From Amphiscolops sp. MND2022 (Eukaryota), in the NCBI GenBank assembly GCA_964187785.1, contig OZ076409.1:71860001-71924000 (forward strand): 64,000 nucleotides of DNA, read 5' to 3'. The stretch's first letter is position 1, and every line of letters starts with the position of its first letter. Under the pieces are notes generated by a model. That model worked only from the letters and a program-made list of their open reading frames with translations. It was not told the DNA's origin and made no database searches. The position numbers and the translations under genes are program-made. This document shows, piece by piece, positions 21,616 to 35,160 of this stretch.

Positions 21616-23850
21616 GTGGGCGGGGGTAATTCCCCAACTAAAAAATCGGCCGGCGGGTAGGGTCCTGCCGGCCGTCCAAAATCAAAAATATACTAGTAGA
21701 AAACGGCCGGTCAAACGAGCTATTTTTTTATTTAACCGTTAGAATTTGGGTTTAGATTGCATGCGGCCATGAAATGGCCATACGAATCGAAGTTCCTGCT
21801 GACGTTTTGCGATTGAAACACTTTATAAAAAGTTATGGCCAATTTGTCAGTCACCTAGAAGGGCAAAATGAGGAAAATTTTAACAAAGTCGCTGATAACT
21901 CAAAATGTGTTATTTTTTGGACTTTGACTGTGAAACAAGCTTGGAACCTTCATTTCGTGGCTGTGGCATTGCACTGAACGCAAAAGATGTAAAGTTTTTA
22001 CATTTTTTGAAAATTTGACATTTTTGAAATTTTTTTCACTACTATCAGTACCATATATGTCAAAAACACCTCAGAAAAAAAAATTTATTTGCTTTAACTT
22101 GGAAACCTTGGTATCCATGGTTTCTGTCGGAACCTACTCGCAACCAAACAACCAACAGTTTGCATCCAATGTGAAAATAAAAAATTTTTCTGGGTCATAA
22201 GCGTTTCACAAGGATTTCTCAACTTAGTATTAATTTACAAAATGGTCATTTTGAACACAATATTTTCATCGAGGCTTGTCGGCTATAGCCTTAATGTTCT
22301 AGAACGGTCCCACTGGCAACGTAGGAACCATTTATAGTAATAGAAAGTTTAAAAAATATATTTTCACCCTGTCTTCAGTCATTTTTCAGTCATTCGGAAC
22401 TTAACTTAGAAAAATTTCGAACAAAATACCCATTTTTTGACAGATCGAAAATTCAAATTCAACTTTTTAAGCAAAATTTTTAACTCTGACGTAACCAGTG
22501 GGGCTCATGATACTCAAAAACACGATTGGGACTGGTACCAATGGCTCCAATATCATATGAGCCGCGATAAGACGTTATTTTGAGCAATACGTCTCAATTG
22601 AGGAAAACATCTCGCAAGCCTGGGATCACAGTTAAAAGTGATTTCGTCAAAAATTTACTCTTTTTCGTCAATCACTATGTACACAGAGTGCGTAGGGTGA
22701 GTTTCAGCACTATAATGCGGTTTTTGAAGGAATCGGTCTGCTCAAGGGGTGGTATGAGACATTTTTTTTGCATGTAGTACTATATTTCTCAAAACTTTTA
22801 GCCCATTATCTCGAAAAGCTCACTTCGCAAATTACTTTCAGTTACTCTATTCGAAGCTTAGAATATATATGAACACTGTGGTTGATCAGAAACTCTTGAC
22901 TATTTTGTTTTTGGAAAAAAACTGCCTTGCATGTGTTACATTAGTGGCAGGAAAAATACCAGTAGCTCCAAAAATCACAATTTTGGACGGACAGACCTGC
23001 AATGATGCAAAGCAAAAACGTTTCAACAACTTCTGGCGCCACTTTTTTTACCCAAGAGGTTCGAAATTACTATTAACAATGCTGACATCCGCTATAAATA
23101 AGATCGAGGTCAATTTACTAACACTTAGGTTATACATTTATATCTGAGAAACCATTCTTTGTCAGGTCGCAATTTTAAATTTAGTTTGGGAAGCAATACT
23201 TTTCACTCTGAAGCAAACCGTTGGGCCCAAATTACTCAAAAACTACAAAAAGACTGTCACCATATGCCCTAATAGCATATGAGATTCGACCGTTCGTTTT
23301 TAACACAAAAACTCTCATCCGAAGTAAACATGTTGAAAGGCTTGAATCACCGTGAGAAATGATTTCATCTAAAAATATTCCTTTTTCGTCAATCTTTATC
23401 TACACAGAACACGTTGTGTCATTTTCAGCCGTGAAATGAGCTTCTACCGTAATATGGGTTGCTCAAGGTGTTGTATAAGACAAAAACTTCCTCTTTTCTA
23501 CTATCTTCTTCAAATATTTCAACCCTTTGTCACAAGAAGTTAATATTCAAAATCTCTTTGAAATGTTTCTTTAGGTTGGGGTGAAGTGTTAGAACAATAA
23601 TTATGATCGAAGAATGATAGTATTGGTGTTTGGACCATGTCCGGATGAACAAATTGCAAAATCATGAAAAATTTCTTACCATTTTTGGTCATTTTGTCAG
23701 TACTAAAAATGTTAGCTGAAAAAGAATTTTTTTGATGGCACCATTGGATTCCTCTCAAAAAGTTAGCTATATGAACTGTGTAATAACCCCGTATCTTTTC
23801 AATTTAAATAATTTTAAAAATCCAACTTTTTTGACTAAAATCCTAAAAAT

Positions 23851-25190
23851 CATACCATTTCCTAAAAAATTTCAAATGCCCCCCATTTGACGTATAAGAA
23901 TAGCACAGAAAACTATCACATACCGATCGACTCTACTTCCATTGTAGATTACCAGAATTTTGTTTAGAACAATTTTTGACGGATGCAAAAAAAATTTAAA
24001 CCCTCCAAAAAAGGGCCAAAATTACACGAAAAAATTGACCTTAAAATTTTAAAATGTCGAAAAATCATCAAAACCACAGCTTCTTGGGGTTCTATCAACT
24101 CCACGTGGTCCACAGAGTATGTTAAAACAAGTTTTACCCGTATTTGAGCAATATGTGAAAAAGCCGACTTTTTAGGGAATGAAAAACATACCATTTCCTA
24201 AAAAATTTCAAACGCACCCCATTTGACGTATAAGAATAGCACAGAAAACTATCACATACCGATCGACTCTACTTCCATTGTAGGTTACCAGAATTTTGTT
24301 TAGAACAATTGTTGACGGATGCAAAAAAAAATTAAACCCTCCAAAAATGGGCCAAAATTACACGAAAAAATTGACCTTAAATTTTTAAAATGTCAAAAAA
24401 TCATCAAAACCACAGCTTCTTGGGGTTCTATCAACTCCACGTGGTCCACAGAGTATGCTAAAACAGGTTTTACCTGTTTCTGAGCTATATGTGAAAAAAC
24501 CGACATTTTGGGGAAGAAAAACATACCATTTCCTAAAAAATTTCAAATGCACGCCATTTGCCGTATGAGAATAGCACAGAAAACTATCACATACCGATCA
24601 ACTCTACTTCTATTGTAGATTATCAGATTTTTGTTTAGAACAAATTTTTATGGATATAAAAAATTTTTAAACCCTCCAAAAATGAGCCAAAATAACACGA
24701 AAAAATGGACCCTAAATTTTTAAAATGTCAAAAAATTATCCAAACCACAGCTTCTTGGGGTTCTATCAGCTCCACGTGGTCCACAGAGTATGCTAAAACA
24801 GGTTTTGCCCGTTTTTGAGCAGTATATGAAAAAGCCGACATTTTTGGGGAAGAAAAACATACCATTTCCTAAATAATTTCAAATGCAGGCAATTTGCCGT
24901 ATGAGAGTAGCACAGAAAACTATCACACACCGATCAACTCTACTTCTTTTGTAGATTATCAGAATTATGTTTAGAGTAAAGTTTTATGGATATGAAAAAT
25001 TTTTATACCCTCCAAAAATGGGCCAAAATGACACGAAAAAATTGACCTCAAATTTTTAAAATGTCAAAAAATTATCCAAACCACAGCGTCTTGGCGTTCT
25101 ATCAACTCCAAATGACCTTCAGAGTATACCAAACCAGGTATTGCCAATCTTTTGAGCAATATTTAAAAACACCGACTATTTGGCAAGAAC
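23851..25190 (+). repeat. Internal tandem repeat, ~336-bp unit, ~4 copies
   Basis: CATACCATTTCCTAAA at 23851, 24187, 24522, 24858; end approximate. Confidence 0.88.
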
Positions 25191-25410
25191 ACCATAATAT
25201 GTTCCATATAAGAAGTGAATCATTCCACATATATACCCGGTCTAATATTTCCAAATTAGCGATAACATTTATACATGATGGTTTTCGAAAGTGAGCTTCA
25301 TAAGAGGTTGAGATGTAATAATACGTAAATGGACCCTAAGTTTCATTGAAATCTCAATGGAATACGTCCAATCAACTTCAATCCTAACTATTATATAACA
25401 AAAAACACTT

Positions 25411-25452
25411 GAGTACATTCCATCTCCCCATCGGGGGAGATGAGAATGTACT
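25411..25452. other. Conserved internal hairpin class II (representative copy)
   Basis: AGTACATTC-CATCTCCCC-atcg-GGGGAGATG-a-GAATGTACT in C and F elements (292, ~8412, 25411, 34186, 42932, 47698, 60993). Confidence 0.85.
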
Positions 25453-26378
25453 TTTCAAAAGCCAAAAACTTCGAATTTTAAATATTTTGTAACATTGTAT
25501 GTAACTGTTGAAACGATGAACGAATAAAAATGCTTCTAGTACCTTCATCAATTTTTGCTTCAGCTCCTATTTCTGCAGAACAAAACCAAAAGACACACTT
25601 ACTGCAGTTAAGTTCGATTGTATAACTCAGTGAATAAAGGTATGACTGAGGAAGTTCACAAGTTGTTTCAAAAGTTTCCGGCCTTCCAAAATCATGAAAC
25701 GTCCACACAACCAAGATAGCAAGTGAAAGAATGCTGAATGCACCTTATTAGATGAGATAAATAATGTGTGGAACTTGCCATTATCTCAAGATGACGTTGA
25801 TTTATGATCTTTTAAGGATAGTTCGATATGTGACCACAATAGTGGAAAACTTATTACTATTTGAAGAACACCGTGGAAAGCGTTCAGAAAGGACAGTATA
25901 TTTGTTTCGAGCATGCATGCGTGTGTTCCTTTGGTGACGTTAGCTTAGTGTACATGACGGAGGTATTCGAGAGATTATGATAGAGTTTACTCACAAGTCT
26001 TTGTTTTTTTAAACTTTCTATGCCGTTGAGTACATTCGTAAGGTACATCCATCCCCTTCTCTGGGAATGTACGTTTGCCAAATGACTGTCATCCAAAATT
26101 CGTAATCCGGACGAGTTTAACTACATAAACATGTGATGAGCGTTTTCAATTCACAACCGAATAACATTTTTTTTCTCGAAAATGATGATGGTTTTGATTT
26201 TGATGTCTTCTACTTTTATCATCATGCAAACGACCTTACCATGTCTCTCTTCTGTCGTCATTTGTACAACGCCACATAGCGTTCCGACGCCCACCGTCTG
26301 TGGGCATGCCGAGGCATGCCCTTCGACGACGTATGCCAAATGAGCCATACCCGCACTCTGGAGTGCGGTAGCGGCTAG

Positions 26379-28383
26379 GTGGGCGGGGGTAATTCCCCAA
26401 CAAAAATTACGGCCGGCGGGTTGGGTCCTGCCGGACGTCAAATAGCAAAGAATATCTAGTAGGAAACGGCGACACAGAATCGCGATTTTTAAATCTAACC
26501 ACAATTTTTTGGACTTGGAGTGCATGCGGCCCTGAAATGCCCATACGAATCGAAGTTCCTGCTGACGTTAAGCGATTGAAATAATATATAAAAAGTTATG
26601 GCCCATTTTTCACTCACATAGAAGGGTAAAATGAGGAAATTTTTAACAAAGTCGCTGATAACTCAAAATGTGTTAATTTTTGGACATTGACTGTGAAACA
26701 AGCTTGGAACCTTCATTTCGTGGCTGTGGCATTGCACTGAACACAAAACATGTAAAGTTTTTACATTTTTTGAAAATTCGACATTTTTGAAATTTTTTTC
26801 ACTACTATCAGTACCCCATATGTCAAAAACGCCTCAGAAAATAATTTTTATTTGCTTTAAATTGGAAACCTTGGTATCCATGGTTTCTGTCGGAACCTAC
26901 TCGCAGCCAAACACCCAACAGTTTGCATCCAATGTGAAAATAAATTTTTTTTCGGGGTCATAAGCGTTTCACAAGGATTTCTCAACTTAGTATTAATTTA
27001 CAAAATGGTCATTTTGAACACAATATTTTCATCGAGGCTTGTCGGCTATAGCCTTAATGTTCTAGAACGGTCCCACTGGCAACGTAGGAACCATTTATAG
27101 TAATAGCAAGTTTTAAAAAAATATTTTCACCCGGTCTTCAGTCATTTTTCAGTCATTCGGAACTTAACTTAGAAAAATTTCGACCAAAATACCCATTTTT
27201 TGTCAGGTCGAAAAATCAAATTCACATTTTTAAGCAAAATTATTAACTCTGACGTAACCCATGGGGCCCATAATACTCAAAACAACGATTGACACTGGTA
27301 TCAATGGCTCCAATAACATATGAGTAGCGATAAGACGTTATTTTGAGCAATACGTCTCAATTGAGGTAAAGATCTCGCAAGCCAGCGATCACTGTGAAAT
27401 GTGATTTCAACAAAAATTTACTCATTTTTGTCAATCACTATGTGCAGAGAATGCGTAGGGTGCGTTTCAGCACTATAATGAGGTTTTTGAAGGCATCGAG
27501 TTGCTCAAGGGGTGGTACGAGACATTTTTGTCCCAGATACTACTGTATTTTCCAAAATTTTTAGCCCAATATCTGGAAATACAAACTTGACAAAATACTT
27601 TCAACTACTTTAATCAAAAGTTACAATATAGATGAACACTGTGGTTGATCAGAAACTTTCATCTCTTTCGTTTTCCGAAATATTTTCCTTCGCATGTGTT
27701 ATATTTGTATCAGAAGAAAAATTGAAACTGAAAAATACGCTATTTAGCTAATATAGAATCGCAATGATTGTGCCTAAAAACTCTTTAAATACTTCTAACG
27801 CGACCTTACGCACCCAAAATGATCGAAAATGCTATTCACAATGGTGACATGTGCTCTTTCAACGATCCTGGCTGGACAAGGTTTGCATATTTTTCAAGTA
27901 CCTGTCAGCTGAATCTTGTGATAGCCTTTTAAGTTGGCCTTGTGTCAACTTGGGAAGGCTATCACATCAAACAACCATCAACAAAAATAATTTTTGTTTA
28001 TTGGATATTACAGTTGATACCTTATTTCGTGATTCTATACTACCGTTAGTATATTCCATGAGGTCACCTTACGATTGCATTCAGACTTTGATGAAAACCT
28101 ATGAACTCAAAGTCACATTTATATATTTTTTGCTCAAAAACATCTATTATATATAAAATTGAGTCTTTAACTTTTTTACGTTTCAAGTTTCTGCCGTTAT
28201 TAAGCCAAACAACTTCCTACAGCCACGCTCTCTGTCATACTGTACAACGCCACATAGTGTTGCGACGTGCACGGTCTGTGGGCATGCCGAGGCATGCCCT
28301 TCGACGACGTATGCCGAATACCGCGGGCCTACGCCCGCGCTCCCCGGCTAGATGCGCGCCCGCACTTGTGCGGTAGCTGCTAG
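26379..28383 (+). mobile_element. Family B element with doubled 3' end (1973 bp + 32 bp)
   Basis: Normal end CTAG at 28348-28351, followed by a second hairpin plus CTAG ending at 28383. Confidence 0.75.
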
Positions 28384-30390
28384 GTGGGCGGGGAAATTTC
28401 ACCCCGTTTGTATTCGGCCGACGGGTAGGGTCCTGGCGGCCGACGATCCGCCTTAAGCTAGCGGTATGTAGCAGAAATTGCAAAAAAAGACCTAAAATTT
28501 AATCTAACCATTAGAATTTGCTCAAAACTTGCATGCGGCCCTCAAATCCTATTGCAAGACGAAGTTCCTGCTGACGCTAAGCGTTCTATAAACTTTATAA
28601 AAAGTTATGGCCAATTTTTTGTTCAAAATTTCAATAATTTTGGGAAATTTCTAATTTTTCACTTAATATCTCGAAATGTGTTAATTTTTGGACTTTGACT
28701 GTGAAACAAGCTTGGAACCTTCATTTCGTGGCTGTGGCATTGCACTGAACACAAAAGATGTAAAGTTTTTACATTTTTCGAAAATTCGAGATTTTTGAAT
28801 TTTTTTTCACTACTATCAGTACCCCATATGTCAAAAACACATCAGAAAAAATTTTTATTTGCTTTAAATTGGAAACCTTGGTATCCATGGTTTCTGTCGG
28901 AACCTACTCGCTGCCAAACACCCAACAGTTTGCATCCAGTGTGAATTTAAAATTTTTTTCGAGGTCTTAGGTGTTTCATAAGGATTTCTCAACTTGGTTT
29001 TAATTTACAAATTGGTCATTTTGAACACAATATTTTCATCGAGGCTTGTCGGCTATAGTCTTAATGTTATAGAACGGTCCCACTGGCAACGTAGGAACCA
29101 TTTATAGTAATAGAAAGTTTTAAAAAAATATTTTCACCCGGTCTTCAGTCATTTTTCAGTCATTCGGAACTTAACTTAGAAAATTTTCGTCTCGAATACC
29201 CATTTTTGGTGAAGTCGAAATTTGAATTTCAGCACTTGAAGCAAAATTTTTTACTCTGACGTAACCAGTGGGGCTAATGATACTCAACAACACCGTTGGG
29301 ACTGATACCAGTGGCTCCAATAACATATGAGTCGGGATAAGACGTTATTCAGAGCAAAACCTCTAAATCGGAGTAAACATCTCGGAAGCCTGGGATCACA
29401 GTGAAATGTGAGATCATCAAAAGTTTACATATTTTTGTCAATTACTATGTACACAGAGTGCATAGGATGAGTTTCAGCACTATAATGAGGTTTTTGAAGT
29501 AATCGGCCTGCTCAAGGGGGTGTATGAGACATTTTTTTCCCATATAGTACTGTATTTTCCAAAATTTTTAGCCCATTATCTCAAAAACCTAACTTCGCAA
29601 AATGCTTTCAATTACTTTATTCTAAGGTTAGAATATGAATGAACACTGTGGTTGATCAGAACCTCTCACTTTTTTCTTTTCCGAAATAATACCTTCGCAT
29701 GGGTTACATTTATGGCAGAAAAGAAAGCAGAAGATAAAAAATACGCTTTTTTGCTAAGATAGAAACGCGATGATTGTGCCTAAATACCCTTTAAATACTT
29801 CTAACGCAACCTTATGGATCCAATATGATTGGAAATACCGTTCACAGTCCTCACATGTACTCTTTCTACAATCCAGACTGCACTTTTTTTGAAAATTTTA
29901 CATGTAGCTTTAAACTGAATCTTGTGATAGCCTTTTAAGTTGGCCTTGTGTCAACTTGGGAAGGCTATCACCACAAAAAACTATAAACAAAATTACCATT
30001 TGTTAATTTGATTTTGCTGTCGATGCCTATTTTCGTTATTCGATCCTATCGTTAGATCCTTCCATCAGGTCAGCTAACGATTGCTTTCAGTGTTTGATAA
30101 GAATGTATGAACTTGAAGACAATTCTCTTTTTTTTTGTTTACAAAAAATAAAAACAAATAATTAAAAAAACCTAATTGGAAGAATTGAAACCACTAGGAA
30201 GTATAACTTCTATCTTTTTGACCGTTATCATCCCCAGCCATCCCCAACGTCCTCGCAATGTATGTCCTTATTACAACGCCGCGTCACATAGCGTTCCGAC
30301 GCCCATAGTCTGTGGGCATGCCGAGGCATGCCCTTCGACGACGTATGCCAAATGAGCCTTTCCCGCACTCTGGAGTGCGGTAGCGGCTAG
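28384..30390 (+). mobile_element. Divergent family B' element (2007 bp)
   Basis: Distinct ~280-bp head, then B body; palindrome 30314-30333. Confidence 0.72.
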
Positions 30391-33300
30391 GTGGGCGGGG
30401 GTAATTCCCCAACAAAAAAATCGGCCGGCGGGTCGGGTCCTGCCGGCCGTCCAAAATCAAAATCCTCCTAGTAGAAAACGGCATGTCAAACGAGCTATTT
30501 TTTTATTTAACCATACGAATTTCACCATTTTTTGCATGCGGCCCTGAAATGGCCATACGAGACGAAGTTCCTGCTGACGTTTTGCGATGTAAATGTTTTA
30601 TAAAAAGTTATGGCCTATTTGTCATTCACCTAGAAGGGTAAAATGAGGAAAATTTTAGCAAAGTCGCTGATAACTCAAAATGTGTTAATTTTTGGACTTT
30701 GACTGTGAAACAAGCTTGGAACCTTCATTTCGTGGCTGGGGCATTGGACTGAACACAAAAGATGTAAAGTTTTTACGTTTTTTGAAAATTCGACATTTTT
30801 GAAATTTTTTTCACTACTATCAGTACCCCATATGTCAAAAACACCTCAGAAAAAAATTTTTATTTGCTTTAAATTGGAAACCTTGGTATCCATGGTTTCT
30901 GTCGGGACCTACTCGCAGCCAAACACTTAACAGTTTGCATCCAATGTGAAAAGAAAATTTTTTTCGGGGTCATAAGCGTTTCACAAGGATTTCTCAACTT
31001 AGTATCTATTTACAAATTGGTCATTTTGAACACATTATTTTCATCGAAGCGTGTCAGATACCACCCTAATGCTCACGAATGGGCCTACTGGCAACGTTGG
31101 AACCATTTTTAGTAATAGAAAGTATTAAAAAAATATTTTCACCCGGTCTTCAGTCATTTTTCAGACATTCGGTACTTAACTTAGAAAAATTTCGCATCAA
31201 AAACCCATATTTGGTAGGGTCGAAATTTGAAATTCAGTTTTTTATGCAAAATTATTAACTCTGACGTAACCAGTGGAGCCCATGATACTCAAAATCACGA
31301 TTGGGACTGGTATCAGTGGCTCCAATAACATATGAGCCGCGATAAGACGTTATTCAGAGCAAACGCTCTAAATCGAAGTAAACATCTCTGAAGCCTGGGA
31401 TCACAGTGAAATGTGATATCACCAAAAGTTTACTCTTTTTTGTCAATCACTATGTACACAGAGTGCGTAGGGTGAGTTTCAGGACTATAATGAGGTTTTT
31501 GAAGTAATCGCGCTGCTCAAGGGGTGGTATGAGACTATTTTTTCCCATATACTACTACATTTCCATAAATTTGCAGTCCATTGTCTTGGAAAGATAACTT
31601 CACAAAAACAATTTTTGTACTCTATTCAGTTATTAGAATAAAGTTGAACACTGTGGTTGATCAGAAATGCTCAATTCTTTTGGTTTTTAAAAAAATTCCT
31701 TCGCATTCGTTACATTTGTGGAAGGAAGGTTATCAGTAGCTCCAAAAAAAAACGAAATTTAGCACGAACAGACATGCAACGATGCAAAGCAAAAACGTTT
31801 TTACAACTTCCGACGTCATTATTTTACCCAAGAAGATTGAAAATATCATTCGCAATGCTGTCATTCGCTATATATACGATCGCGGTCAATTTACAAACAT
31901 TTAGATTTCATTGTTCTGCTTGAAAACCAATTTTTGTCAGGTCGAAATTTTAAATTTTGCCTGGGGAGCAATACCCTTCACGCTGAAGTAAACAGTGGGG
32001 CCCAAGTTACTCAAAAACAAGAAAGAGACTGCTACAATATGTCCTAATAACATATGGACCACGATAGTACACTTTTCACACAAAAAACTCTCATCCGAAG
32101 TAAATATGTTGAAAGCTTTTAATCACCGTGAGAAGTGATTTCATCAAAAAGTAACTCTTTTTTGTCAATCACTATTTACACAGAATTTGTAAAGTTAGTT
32201 TGAGTCATGAAATGAGGCTTTACCGTAATATGGGTTGCTCAAGGTGTTATATAAGACAAAAACTTCCTCTTTTCTACTAGCTTCTTCAAATATTTCAACC
32301 CTTTGTCACAATAAGTTAATATTCAAAATATCTTTGAAATGTATCTTTATGTTGGGGTGAAGTCTAAGAACAATAACTATGATCGAAGAATGCTAGTACT
32401 GGTGTTTGAACCATGTCCGGATGAACAAATCACAAAATCATCAAAAAATTGTTCCCTTTTTTGGTTATTTTGGCAGTACTAAAAATGTTAGCTGATAAAT
32501 AATTTTTTCGATGGCACCATTGGATTCCTCTCAAAAAGTTGGTTATATGACCTGTGTAATAACCCCGTATCTTTTCAATTTAAATATATTTAAAAAGCCA
32601 ACTATTTTGACCAAAATCCTAAAAATCATACCATTTCCTAAAAATTTTCAAATGCACCCCATTTGACGTATAAGATAAGCACAGAAAACTATCATTTACC
32701 GATCAACTCTACTCCCATTGTAGATTATTAGAATTTTGTTTAGAATGAATTTTGATGGATATTAAAAAAATTTTGAACCCTCCAAAAATGGGCCAAAATT
32801 ACACGAAAAAATTGACCTTAAAATACCAAAATGTCAAAAAATCATCAAAACCACGGCTTCTTGGGGTTCTATCAACTCCGCGTGGTCCACAGAGTATGCT
32901 AAAACAGGATTTACCCGTTTTTGAGCAATATGTGAAAAAGCCGACATTTTTGGGAAAGAAAAACATACCATTTCCTAAAAAAATTCAAATGCACGTAATT
33001 TGCCGTATTAGAATAGCACAGAAAACTATCACATACCAATCAACTCTACTTTCATTGCAGATGAACAGAATTTTGTTTAGAATAAATTTTACCGGATAAT
33101 AAAAAAATTTGAATCCTTCAAAAATGGGCCAAAATTACACGAAAAAATGGACCTTAAAAATTTAAAATGTCAAAAAATCGTCAAAACAACAGCTTCTTGG
33201 GGTTCTATCAACTCCACGAGGTCCACAGAGTATGCTAAAACAGGTTTTACCCGTTTTTGAGCAATATGTGAAAAAGCCGACATTTTTGGGAGAGAAAAAC

Positions 33301-35160
33301 ATACCATTTCCTAAAAAAATTCAAATGCACGCCATTTGCCGTATGAAAATAGCACAGAAAACTATCACATACCAATCAACTCTACTTTCATTGCAGATGA
33401 ACAGAATTTTGTTTAGAATAAATTTTACCGGATAATAAAAAAATTAGATTCCTTCTAAAATGGGCCAAAATTACACGAAAAAAAGGACCTTAAAATTTTA
33501 AAATGTCAAAAAATCATCAAAACCACGGCTTCTTGGGGTTCTATCAACTCCACGTGGTCCACAGAGTATGCTTTATAGAGAGAATAAAACCCGGTTTTAC
33601 CCATCTTTGAGCAAAATGTGAAAATACCGACATTTTTGGAAAAGAAAAAAATACCATTTTCTAATAAATTTCAAATGCACGCCATTTGCTGTATGAGAAT
33701 AACACAGAAAGCTGTCACATACCGATCAACTCTACTTCCATTGTAGATTATCAGAAGTTTGTTTTGAATAAATTTTGATGGTTAATAAAAATAATTGAAT
33801 CCATCAAAAATGGGCCAAAATTACACGAAAAAATTGACCTTAAAATATCAAAATGTCAAAAAATCATCAAAACCACAGTTTCTTGGCGTTCTATCAACTC
33901 CATATGATACCAAACCAGGTACTGCCAATCGTTTGAGTTATAATAAAAAAACGTCTTTTTTGGCAAGAATTCCATACCATAAATAATGTTCCATATAAGA
34001 AGCGAATCATTTCAGATATATACCCTGTTCATTTTTTTAATATTACCGATTATTAATTTAATAGATGTTTTGAATGTGAGCTTCCTAAAAGGTTCAGGTG
34101 TGATGTTACGTAAAGAGAACCTTAGTTTCATCGAAATCTCAATTGAATATGTCCAATCCTAACCATCAGATAACAAGAAACACTTAAGTACATTCCATCT
34201 CCCCATCGGGGGAGATGAGAATGTACTTTCGAGAAGCCAAATACGTCCAACATTCAAACTTTTGTAACTTTGTATGTAACTCCTGAAAGGAAGAAGGAAT
34301 AAAATTGTTTCTGGTACATACATGAGTCTTTACTTCAGCTTCTATTTCTGCTGAACAAAACCATTCGACTCTTTTGCCGGAGTTAAGATCGATTGTATTA
34401 CCCAGTGAACAAAGGCATGACTGAAAACGTTTACTACTTTGTTCATAATTTTCCGGCCTTCCGAAATGATGAAACGTCCACATAACTAAGATAGCAAGTG
34501 AATGACTGCGAAATGCACCTTATTAGATGAGGTAAATAACGTGTAAAACTCTCCTTTATCCTAACATGAGGTTGAGTAATGATCATTTGAGAATAGTTTG
34601 ATATGTGAATACAATAGTATAAAACAAGTACATTTTATATGAATAACGCCGTGGAAAGCGTTCAGAAAGGACAGTAGGCTTGTTTGGAACATGTATGTGT
34701 GGTGTCCCTTGGTGGCGTTCGCTTAGTGTATATGTCGAGGGGTATTCGAGTTGTTATGATAGAATTTACACACAAGTCTTTTGTTTTTTGGTTTTTTTAA
34801 AATGTCGTTAAGTACCTGCATTCTATCCCCTTCTCAGAGATGACGTGAAGTTACGTTTGCTAAATAAATGTCATCGAAAGATCACACTCCCGACGAAATT
34901 AACTATCTTAACACGTGTTTAGAATTTTAAATAAACAACCGTATAAGATTATTATATTTCATTGAGTTTGATGAAGTCTTTTGTTCTTCTCACTACTATT
35001 TCAACCAATACACATATCCGTTACCATATCACATGTCTCCATTAGTACAACGCCACATAGCGTTCCGACGCCCACAGTCTGTGGGCATGCCGAGGCATGC
35101 CCTTCGACGACGTATGGCAAATGGAGCCATGCCCGCCGTCTTTACGGCGGTAGCGGCTAG
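30391..35160 (+). mobile_element. Divergent family F' element (4770 bp)
   Basis: Colinear with F but clearly diverged; palindrome 35083-35102; 3' hairpin CCGCCGT-cttt-ACGGCGG. Confidence 0.73.
32627..33980 (+). repeat. Internal ~336-bp tandem repeat, ~4 copies
   Basis: ATACCATTT anchor near 32627, 32964, 33300, 33650. Confidence 0.85.

Larger units (their letters stand above)
21616..26378 (+). mobile_element. Family F element (4763 bp)
   Basis: B-like 5' ~1.4 kb, internal 336-bp repeats, hairpin 25411-25452, palindrome 26302-26321; near-identical copies at 39136 and 57199. Confidence 0.75.
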
